A model generated the notes under the pieces. That model was not told the DNA's origin. It was given only the letters and a program-made list of their open reading frames with translations, and did no database searches. A stretch of 64,000 nt of DNA from Emiliania huxleyi CCMP1516. Its lineage: Eukaryota. Shown in pieces: positions 54,676 through 64,000 of the stretch. Each line of letters starts with the position of its first letter. Within the stretch, counting starts at the first letter, position 1. A program made the position numbers and the translations under genes. The stretch covers positions 1 through 64,000 of the forward strand of contig NW_005201192.1 of the NCBI RefSeq assembly GCF_000372725.1, read 5' to 3'.

Positions 54676-56475
54676 CAGGCTGGGAACCGAGGGGTGGCCA
54701 CCCTCCTCGTCGAGGTGTGCGCCAAACCACTTCGGCGGCGCGCGCTCCCCTGTGCGTCTGTGTCACCCTCCAGGCCCTCACGCCCCCCCGGCATGTCCAC
54801 CGGCAAGGAGGCTTCCGTGCCGAGTGACGCGGCGGCCACGGACAGACCCAACGGCAGCGTCGGCGCCGCCTGCCAAGCGGCCGCGCGACAGCGAGGGTAG
54901 TCACCAATTAAAGGTGGGACGGAAGAGGCACACGACGGTGCCATCGCGGGCCTTCTACACCGCCCGCCGCCGGCCCAGGCGCGGAGCGTTACGGCGGACC
55001 TGCTTCAAACCCCAAGACGGAGGCGCTGAGCGAGAATCTGGGCTGCGCGCACGCGCATGGCTGCTGCGAGAGCTCGGAGGCGGAGCTTGCTCGACGAGAG
55101 CTGCTCGAGCTCATCACTGCGCCCGACGCTGACGTTGGTGGCGCGATCAAGCTTTTATTTTCTCAGCCTCGCACCTCTTCTTCCCGTCGCACGCGGGCTG
55201 TCGCAGGGCACTTGGAATATGACTCGGGCGAGGATGCGTCAGCACGAGTACTATTTCATCGTGCAGCGCAGGCTGGCTCGCCACTACTGTTGGCTGGAGC
55301 TCCTCTCCCGCCCGACGTCGGTGATGGCGCATGACACGCGATCACTGTACGCATCGTGCTTCCTGTGTGTGTCTCCCCCCTCCCCGCCGCAGAGCCGCTG
55401 CTGGGTGTCGGCCGCGCATCTCCTCACGTCCCGCGCCTGTCCTTTACGGCATTTGTGTGGCCCGTTTTCTGTGCATCGTTAGAAGCTGCGCAGGCCTCCC
55501 CGGTTACAATCGCCGCGCGCACACGACACGCGACAGCCGACACCTCGACAGGAGAGAGTTTGACGTTCTTCTCGTGAGACTTGACTTCAGACGATATGCG
55601 AGACAGATATATCTCAGAGTGAGAGGACAGCCTGAGCCTCGGAGGAGAGACGCAGCTCGCAGGTACAGGCGTGACAGACAGTGCACTCTCACACACGAGA
55701 CACACTGATGGAAAGGGCGGAGCGGCGGCGGCGACGGCGGCAGCGGTGCGCGGGCGGAGCAGCGACTGCCCGGGCGGTCGCTGCTCCGTCGGTCCGTGCC
55801 GGAGCGCGCCATCTGCGCAGGGTCGCGCGTCAGGCCAGGGGGCAAGGCGCAAGCGTCCCCCTGGTGGCGGCGCAGGGAAACGCGGAGACGCGAGCGTTTC
55901 GCACGCCGCGAAGCGGACGGTGACGGCGCGGTGGGTGACGGGGCTAGAGAGCAGCCAACACCCGACGCTCGCAAACGACGTCGGTGCTGGACGCCTGCGT
56001 AGGGGCCGCGGCAAGGCGGAGCTGGCTGGGGCACCAAGCGCCGGCGGGGAGCTCCCGGACTCATGTGTGCGAGCGCATGCCCTCCCACCTAATCACCGCT
56101 GCATAGTATGGCTTCCGAGGCTGAACCGCTCCGCAACGGTTGGTAGCTCGACCTGCACATTGACAAAGTGCGTTTACCTGTCAGTCGTCGACGTCGCGTG
56201 CGAGATCCAATATCGCCGATCGATAGCAATCTGAGAGGATAGGGATCCGTGTCAGCATGCCGTAGCCGAGGAGTGCCGCGCTTGGGGGTTGGGGCGCGCG
56301 CATTGGCTTCACATTCGGTCTCAGCGCTCGGGCCGGCGCCGGGGGTCATGGGGCGACACTCGGTCACGCTCCGGCGCTTCGGGGGGGCTACAGCGGGCAG
56401 TGCGCGAAACCACTTCGCATGGCCACCCGCGACCCCACTTTGGCCGGCGAGCGCACTTGCTCGGTTCCCAGCCTG
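54676..56475. mobile_element. Possible hAT-like non-autonomous element, 1.8 kb
   Basis: Perfect 18-bp inverted repeat TTCAGGCTGGGAACCGAG (54674-54691 / 56460-56477). Subterminal motifs TGGCCACCC and GTGCGCSAAACCACTTCG occur at both ends. No TSD recognised. Confidence 0.55.
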
Positions 56476-56987
56476 AAAATGTCACCTCGGGCAGTCGGAG
56501 AAGGGGCAACTCCGTGCACTGACGGTCGGCCGTCAGAAACCACGCCTGCGTGGATCGCGTCACACCAATCCTCGCTACCCAACGGCAACGCGGCCAAAGG
56601 ATGTATATCCACCTCGAGAACCTCGAGAACCACGGTGAGCACATTTTCTTTCTCTGCCGTGCCGCTTAGGCATTAGCCCTTACAAGGGTACTTCGTACAT
56701 AGCCGGTCGGTTGCTCGCCTTCTTTCTGCTTACTTCCCACCTCACAAGATGGGCAGCGCCTGGCGAGGTACTTCCAGCCTGCTGTGGGAACAGCTGACGC
56801 AGTCTCGCCGAGGCTCGCCCCAGCAGGCTCGCCGAGGCTCTCGGGTTGACTCGGCCAGACAAAAACCCCGAGAGGCGTGGGAGTACCTCGCCAGGGCAGC
56901 GCGACAATGATTTTTCAGGGTCGCCGGTCCGACGAACAAACACACACACAGGGTTGCCGCGACGGGCGCTCACGAGGTCCACACGTA

Positions 56988-57991
56988 TGTGGCTCGCGCG
57001 ACAGCTCTCCCTGTCCGGAAGCGACCTCGAGCTGCCCCTCCGTAGCAGCGAGATCCAAAGCAGTGAAATCCAGCTCTTCCTTCTCTACCACAGCTGCCAG
57101 AGCGCCCGCCGCATGCAAGTGGATCGCCTCGCCTCAAAGCTGTTCAAAGTCCACACCGTCGGCTTGAGTGCAGGCCTGGCGCCCGACTGCACAGCCCGAT
57201 TGCCGAGCAACCTCACCATTGCGGACCTTGCCCCCTTCTATCGCACCTCGCTCGGGCAGCAGTATCTCTCGCTCCTCGCCGAGAACGCTGCCATCATCGC
57301 GCTGGGCTTGCGCATAACCACACTGCTCTCACCAAGCTGCAGAGGGAGAAGATGCTGGGTGGGCTCTGCGTCGTGGAAGGTGGTCGCGGACTCTACCAAG
57401 CTGTTTGACCCTGCCTGCCAGAACCTCGAGTCGATTGCGCGCCGGCTGAGGCCAGCAGAGCTCGAGCAGCTTCCAGAGCGCGCCACACTCTACTGGTGGG
57501 GAGAGAGGCAGCTCGTGCGGTGGAAGTCGGATGTTTCACGACACGCGCGACGGACGGACCGTGAGCTACACAAATCGACCATCTTGCAGCCATTCTTCGA
57601 GTGGCTCGGCGTCAGCTATGAGGCGGCCGCAGCCTCTATCCGCGCAGACGGGCCTCCTCTTCCGTGGGCAAACTGGTGGCTGGCGCCACCTGACGTGGCT
57701 GCAGACCTGGCCAAGCTCCACCTGCTGCTGTACTCCTGGCTCGAGGCCCGCTGGCCGATGCGGGAGGTTGGCTGCAACGGGACCGTCTGGCGGGACAACC
57801 CGCAACGCTGCTGGGCTTACGCGGGTGAAGAGCTGACACTGCTCTTCCTCGTTTCCGAGACCAACCTGCACCACCTCCGCTGCGCGGGCCCGCCGGCGCC
57901 GTTCCACAGCAGCTCCACTTGGCTCGGCGGCTCCCCGGGTACGCTCACGGAGCGAGTTAGGGAAAGATGGTTGACTCTAAATGACAATTGA
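56988..57991 (+). CDS. Hypothetical protein, weak resemblance to DUF4422/glycosyltransferase-like C-terminal motifs
   Basis: Intronless 334-codon ORF from MWLARQ. ANWWLAPP...LYSWLE...RCWAYAGEEL resembles the N.FI...LE...R..GF..ERL pattern. Confidence 0.5.
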
Positions 57992-58003
57992 GTCTTTGTA
58001 TCA

Positions 58004-58398
58004 GGATATTCACGTGGTGTGCGTTTGGTCTGGGCAATCCGTCGCCTTCGTCAAGCGTTTCCTTCCGCTGCACTAAATTCTCGGGCTGATTCTTCTGTGT
58101 GTTGAATATGCGCGCCTCCCTCCCAAGTTTATGCGCGCGCGTGTGGTGCCTGGGCAGCCCCCGGTTTCTCTTCCTCGGTGGTTCTCGCGACCGCAACATT
58201 GGCTGTATCCGGATATTCGCGTGGTGTGCGTTTGGTCTGGGCAATCCGTCGCCTTCGTCAAGCGTTTCCTTCCGCTGCACTAAGTTCACTTGGCGAACTT
58301 GGATGTCTTTCAAATTCTTGTGTTGAATATGCGCGCGTCCCAAGTTTATGCGCGCGTGGTGCCTGGCCCCCTTTCTTCTCGCGACCGCAACATTGGCT
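58004..58398. repeat. Tandem duplication of a ~200-bp unit
   Basis: GGATATTCRCGTGGTGTGCGTTTGGTCTGGGCAATCC starts at 58004 and 58211. TCTCGCGACCGCAACATTGGCT at ~58183 and ~58377. Confidence 0.9.
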
Positions 58399-59967
58399 TG
58401 GATCGCCTTCAAACGCCCACGCGCGCCTGTAATTTTGCCACAGGCAAAGAGCTGCTTGCAAGCCATTCGGAGAGACCTGGCTGGTGCCGCCGTTGCTGTG
58501 GTAATAACAATAAGTCCGCACTCTCGGAGCAGTGGTGACCGCCGCTCACTCACACAGCTAGTCTCGGCACTGTCAGCGAGGCTTAGTGTGCGCGCCCTGA
58601 TCGATGCGAAGGGTGGAAAGTGCAGTGAGCTGCCGCAGACACTCCTGAACTGGTTGGCAACGAGCCGTGCGCATTGCGTCCAGGGGCCAAACCAAGGCGC
58701 GCGTGAGTCGCACTCCATCCTGCGCTTCTGCCTTACGTTCTACGACCATCTCCCTTCAGTTGTGCTCTTTGTTCAGGACGATCCCAGCATTCCAATGCTC
58801 AACAAGGTCGGCCTGCTCGCTGATGTCGACGCGTGGGCCGCCAGGTTCCGGCTGGAGAGTGATGAGCGACGGCTGCAGCAGCATGGCACACCACAGCGGC
58901 CATGGGCAGTGAGGTCTCCCGAGGCATGTCCCTGCTGGGTTGAGGATGAGAGCACAAGTTCCGTGGTGAAAAAGCTCACCAATGACTCGGCGGCGTACGG
59001 CCACGCGCGCTCTCTTCACTGGTGGTTGCGAACATTTCTCGCCCTCCCTACAATCCCCTCGACGATCCCGTGGCCGCAGCATGCGGAATTCGCAGTGACG
59101 CGGGAGGCCATACGCGGTCGCTCAAGGCGCTTCTATGCCATGAACCTTGCACTCGCCTCGCTGCCGTCGCCACCGACCACGGCGACGCCCGATCCGGGCC
59201 CCGCACCGGACGGGAGAGAGTGCCTCGCGTGGCGGTGCCATGCATTCCACTTGCCGGACTCGGTGCGCGAGGCACACATGCGCAAATACGGGTGCAACGG
59301 GAGCAACACTGGGCCATGCGTTCAGACATGGCGGCAGCGCGCCGCAAAATGGAGCAATTTTGGGCCCTACATCGTCGACTTGGGGCCCCGGAGCGCCAAG
59401 GCTGTCGATCAGCGGCCGGCGCTGCACTCGAACGACGTCGGCGGCATGTTTGAGCGTCTCTGGTTTGCCATGTTTGACTCGACTGTCGCCGAAAGGCTAC
59501 CTCAGAGCCCAGAGTCCCTGTGCTTCTCCGAGGCTGCGCTCCTGGAGGGGGTCGTTCGCTGCGGCGCCAATTGCGTGCACGGCATCTCAGCTCCGGGCTG
59601 CGCCTTCACAGATCGGTTGGGGCTGACTCGCCCGCCTTCAGACGCCTTGACTGGCCACGAGGTCACCCGCTGTCTCGCGGCCGGCTGCATGGATGTAGAG
59701 GCGCATCTGAATGCGAGCGCAGGCGGGGCGGCGGTGTCGCGGCGCGAGTTGGCGAGGGCCATCAATGCCGTCGACGCCGAGGGCGACGAGGTTGAGCAGG
59801 GCTCCTGGATGGAGGCGGACAGCTCGCATCCCGTTCGCCTGAAAAGCGAGGATGTGTGCCGTACGGCTGGCTGCCGAGCGAGCGGTGTGCAACGCGCAGT
59901 GTGGAGGTCGGCCACATGTCGCGGGTGGACGACAGGGGGCGCGCCCACACGCCTGCCTGATGAGTGA
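58348..59967 (+). CDS. DUF3431-like protein (start uncertain)
   Basis: PNQGARESHSILRFCLTFYDHLPSVVLFVQDDP, AEFAVTREAIRGRSRRFY, GGMFERLWFAMF. Confidence 0.75.
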   Translation: MRAWCLAPFLLATATLAWIAFKRPRAPVILPQAKSCLQAIRRDLAGAAVAVVITISPHSRSSGDRRSLTQLVSALSARLSVRALIDAKGGKCSELPQTLLNWLATSRAHCVQGPNQGARESHSILRFCLTFYDHLPSVVLFVQDDPSIPMLNKVGLLADVDAWAARFRLESDERRLQQHGTPQRPWAVRSPEACPCWVEDESTSSVVKKLTNDSAAYGHARSLHWWLRTFLALPTIPSTIPWPQHAEFAVTREAIRGRSRRFYAMNLALASLPSPPTTATPDPGPAPDGRECLAWRCHAFHLPDSVREAHMRKYGCNGSNTGPCVQTWRQRAAKWSNFGPYIVDLGPRSAKAVDQRPALHSNDVGGMFERLWFAMFDSTVAERLPQSPESLCFSEAALLEGVVRCGANCVHGISAPGCAFTDRLGLTRPPSDALTGHEVTRCLAAGCMDVEAHLNASAGGAAVSRRELARAINAVDAEGDEVEQGSWMEADSSHPVRLKSEDVCRTAGCRASGVQRAVWRSATCRGWTTGGAPTRLPDE

Positions 59968-60697
59968 AGCTGCGACTTGCGTCCGAGATGTGTGTGAGCC
60001 GCCCGCGTGTGCGGTGTGATCAAGAAGGTCTTATGTGCATGCGCGCCCCCTCTGTACATACACGCACCGCACGTCGTACATTGGCATACCATTGCATATA
60101 TGTGCACATCGGCGCCGCGGCGGCTCACATTGAAGTCTGACCGACGCGTGACGGTGACTCGAAGAGTGTCTATTATAAGAGTGTGTGCGGCCCCCCGGGT
60201 GACGCAGCCTTCGCAGGCTCTCCGTGACTCTCCGTGACATCTCTCCTCTCTGAGCTCTGACCGACTGACCCCTCTTCCTCTGGTCCCGCTCTGACGTCTG
60301 TCTGAGAGGATTATTGAGGACTGAGGTGGTCTGTAGTCTGAGCCCGCATCGACCATCGTCGGAGCGGGGGAAAGCGGTGGCCGGTGGCGCACATACCGGG
60401 TAACAACTAATCGTCTTGCTACCAATAAAAAATAAACCCGCTCGCTGTTGATCGATGTGCACCCCCGCGTTCCCACACACGGCTCGCGCGCAGGCCGCGC
60501 GCAGGCGTGGACCAGGGTCGGTGTACGGTGATCATGGCAAGGGTCGACGCACCTCTCCCCGCGGCCGCGCTGCCGCTGGACAGATGGACAGTGCAGTGGA
60601 CTGGGCGCGCGGAAGAAATCCCACTTTATCCAGGAATCACACACAAAAACCGTACGTAAAACCCCAGACGAACTACACAGTCTCCCGATGACACTCG

Positions 60698-63600
60698 TCA
60701 CGTTCTTACGTCGGACTTGGGCCCAGCCTCTGCGGCTGCTGGGACCCCCGGGGTGGCGGCGACCACCGCAGGGTCGGGTCTGGGCGCCGCCGCGGGCCCA
60801 ACGTCAGCAGTGGGAGGATTCGTGGCGGGCGCCGCTGCGCCTTTTGCCACCTGCGCCGCAGCCCTGTCAAAAGCATCGCCCTCGGCCGATCCTCCGCCGC
60901 CGCCGCCGCCGTTGCCAGCGAGGAGCCGCTTGAGGTCCTCCGGCTTGAACTCATCATCGGGCGGCGCCTCGCCGCCGTCTCCGCCAAACCATGACGCCCA
61001 CGCCTTTTGTGCGAGCGGCGCGCCTACAGCCGCCGGATAGGGAGCGTGAGAGGGCAGCGGGCCCTGTGCCCACCGCCCGACAGCGGGCGGCGACGTGCCC
61101 TTGCGTAGGGCGACGGACGCGACCGACGCGATGTTGCCCAGCCCCGCCTCTGCGATCTTCTCGGCCGCCTGCGCCGCCTTCTGGCCAGCCTTCTCGGCGA
61201 GCTCGCCCGAGGGGAAGTCGCCGTCGCGGTCCGACACGAACGCGTCCACAAAATCGTCCGGCACGTGGTCGCTGGCAAATATCCTCTGGGCCTGTGCGGT
61301 CACGGACGTGTCACAGACGCGTCCACCGACACCTGCCGCGGCGAGTGCACGAAGTGCGTAGAAAGGCGGCAGCACGGCGGCGCGCTCGGTAAAATCGCGC
61401 AACTGGCCCAGCAATGCGTCTCGCTCCTCGCGGAGAGCGCGCTGCCCCTCCGCCGAAACCTCGACGGCGGCGACGTACTCGTCCACCGCCTTGCCCACCG
61501 CCTCCCGCCGGGCCAGCTCCTCCGCCACGCGCGCCGCCTCGGCCTCCTGCTTGGCCGCCGCCAGCTGCTCGCGCAACGCGGCGGCGGCCGCAGTGGCCGC
61601 CTCGAGCGCGCCTCGCGCCTCCGCCTCTCGCGCGGCGGCCTGTGCCGCGCGCTCCGCCGCGCTGCGCTCCGATGCGAGGTGCTCTGCCACCTGAGGCGCA
61701 CTAATTAAAGTTAACATTCAATTAACGTGCTCTGCCACCTGAGGCGCATTAATTAAAGTTAGAATTCAATTAACGTGCTCTGCCACCTTAGGGGCGCCAC
61801 TCGCAGAGGGCCTCGTCAGTCTACAGGGGCCCTCCTCTTGCAGCCCTCCTCTTCCAAGAGACTACCCGGCCCTCCGCTTCCACACACACACACACCCGGC
61901 CGCGCGCCTTGTCTCTGAGCCGCTGCTCCGAACCCCGCGCCTCGGCCAGCGCCTCGGCGCCGCGCAACGCCTCGCGCTCGGCCGAAGCGCGCTCGACGGC
62001 GCGCAGCTCCGCGCCGGCTGCCTCCTTGGCCGCGAAACGCTCCTCCGCCTGCCGCAACCGCTCCGCGCCGGCGGCCGCCTCGCGGCTCCCTTCCGCGCGC
62101 GCAGCCTCGAGCCTCTCCCGCGCCATCTCCAGCTCGTGTGCGCGCCTACAGCGCCGAGCAGACGCGCGCAGTCACTCTTGCCCCACACCGCACGCGAGCG
62201 CCGCGCAAAGCCACGCGCCCAGTCAGCTCGCGCTCCGCCGCAGCCGCCGCCGCCGCCCGCTCGGCCGCCGCTGCCGCACCCGCGCGGGCGAGCCACGGCA
62301 GCAGGTGGTTGCGTGCGGCGATGGTGGTGGTGAAGGCGGCACATGGCCCGTCCGCGGCGGCTTCAGCGCCGTCCAGCATCGCCGTCGCCGCCGCCGCAGC
62401 GTCCGTGTCGCCGGAAGCGGCCGGCAGCGCCGCCGCCGCAGCGTCGGCGGCACGCGTGGCGCTCTCGAGCGAGGCGCGCCACGCCTCGCGCCGCGCCCGC
62501 GCCGCCTCCTCGCACAAGTCGGACTGGAGCTCGGTGCGGGCCGCCGCCGCCGCCGCGCCGCCCACGGCGCGCGCGTCGAACTCCTCCAGACCGGCGACGA
62601 TGGCGGCGCACGCGCCGTCCGCCCACTCGCCCGCGTCGGGCGGTGGGGTGGACGAGGCGACGTCGGCGAGCCGCCGCCGCGCGGCGGCGAGCGCGCCGTC
62701 GGCGGCGGCGCGGCACCTCTCCTCCACCACCGACTCCCACGCGCCCCTGATCGAAGGCACCACTCCTTCGGTGTTCATCGCCGCCGTGTACTGCCGCGCG
62801 AGCGCCACCAGCATGCTCCCGTCGAGCGGCTCGCCGAGCAGCGCCTTGGGCGGCGCCGTGCCGAGGATGCGCTGCTTGAGCGCGCTCATCCCCTCGACGA
62901 ACTGCGGCCGCAGCTGCGACGCCTCGAGGCCGATCGCGCGGCGCACGTCCGCCTCCTCCGCCGCCGGCCGCACCTGCTCACAGCTGCGCGCGTGAAGGGA
63001 CGCGCTCCACAGCCCGCCCGCCGCCTCAACCTGCCGCGCCAGAGTCGCGCACGAGCGGCTCGGGAAGAGGTCGCGGATCGCAGCGCGCGTCTCGTTCCGC
63101 TCGGCTGCGCGCCGCGCTGTCGACGGGCGGGGCTCCAGCGCCCGCTCCATGTAGGCGTCCGGCGCGAGAGGCTGCCCGTCCGCATCGCGCATGTCGACCA
63201 CAAAGTCGCGCAGCAGCCAGAGGAAGGGAGGGAAGAAGGAGGCGAGCTCCGCCGCCCCGCCGCCGCCGCCGGCTGGCCCCTCTGCGGCGGCCGCCGAGAC
63301 GGAGATGTGCTTCGAGAGCTCGCCGATCAGGTAGAGCCGGTCGACGGCCGCTTCGTCGATGACGCCCATCGAGTTGAGCACGAAGTAGCTCGAGAGCAGC
63401 AGCGAGAGCGCAAAGACCTGCGCGTCGTACGCCTCGTCCTGCTCCATCGACGCGAGGCCCTCTGTATCGAGCAGCACGAGAGAGCCGCGCCTGCACTGGC
63501 CTGCGTCGCCGTCGGGCACGCACACGTCGATGCCGCGCGTGCACGACTCGGTCGTCGAGCCGACGCGGAAGCCCGCCTTCGCGCGCGCCGCCGTGTTGCC

Positions 63601-63774
63601 GGCCAGGGTGTTCAGGAAGAAGCTCTTTCCGGTCCGGTAGAGCCCGGCGACAGCGACGACAACGATTGGGGCCTCAATCCGCTGCAGCAGCTGCGCGCCC
63701 TCCGGCTGGATCTCCCACTTGCCCGCCTCGCCGAGTCGGACGAAGGGCGCGGCGCTCGCGCTACCGCCGCTCAT
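60698..63774 (-). CDS. Guanylate-binding protein (GBP/atlastin-family large GTPase) with coiled-coil tail, multi-exon
   Basis: VAVAGLYRTGKSFFLN (G1), ESCTRGI (G2), LLDTEG (G3), FLWLLRDF (G4). Ala/Glu-rich helical tail across introns. Confidence 0.92.
61679..61788. repeat. 48-bp tandem repeat x2.3 overlapping a GBP splice acceptor
   Basis: GTGCTCTGCCACCTGAGGCGCAYTAATTAAAGTTA... at 61679 and 61727, partial copy at 61775. Confidence 0.9.
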
Positions 63775-64000
63775 GTTTAGGCTGGATCGCAGGCTCGGGG
63801 GGGCGCCAGGCGCGCGGTGCACCGAATTTTCTTTTGACCTCTTCTTTTGACGGCCTCTTTTTTGTGGTGCTAGTCCGTGCCAGTCTGCTGTGAGAGGCGC
63901 TTGTTTTTTAAGAATCTTTTGACCGACAAGACTGGAGCACTGGATAGGGTCGATTCCGCATGGTACGTCAACCTTTCACAGCCTTGTTAGAGAGAGAGAG

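Noticed and set aside
61679..61788. Repeat-spacer look resembling a CRISPR array
   Set aside because: The spacers are near-identical, so it is a simple tandem duplication, and there are no cas genes.

Overview
This is very GC-rich eukaryotic DNA with short introns, several with GC donors. The nuclear chlH with a bipartite plastid presequence and the 'EAEGLRLHLS' AP2-like domains point to a haptophyte such as Emiliania/Gephyrocapsa huxleyi (inference). Ordinary host genes: an RNF10-like RING/RanBP2-ZnF E3 ligase, chlH, an EF-hand protein, a DUF1295 membrane protein, a DnaJ protein, a UAA-family transporter, an F-box/LRR protein, a DUF3431-like protein and a guanylate-binding protein. The most interesting part is 5.5-26.5 kb. 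It starts with three adjacent immunity-type genes (membrane TIR, membrane HET-like, HEPN with an Rx4H motif). A compact, largely intron-free block follows, centred on one ~1100-aa ORF that joins a Crypton/protelomerase-like tyrosine-recombinase domain to a C-terminal RuvC-like Holliday-junction resolvase. Around that ORF are small basic and acidic ORFs, stem-loops, a head-to-head orphan gene and an AP2-wHTH-SF2 helicase-RING gene. Several non-autonomous TIR elements were found by eye, three with clear target-site duplications. There is a 100-N gap at 26796-26895. All domain calls come from motif recognition by eye, not database searches.
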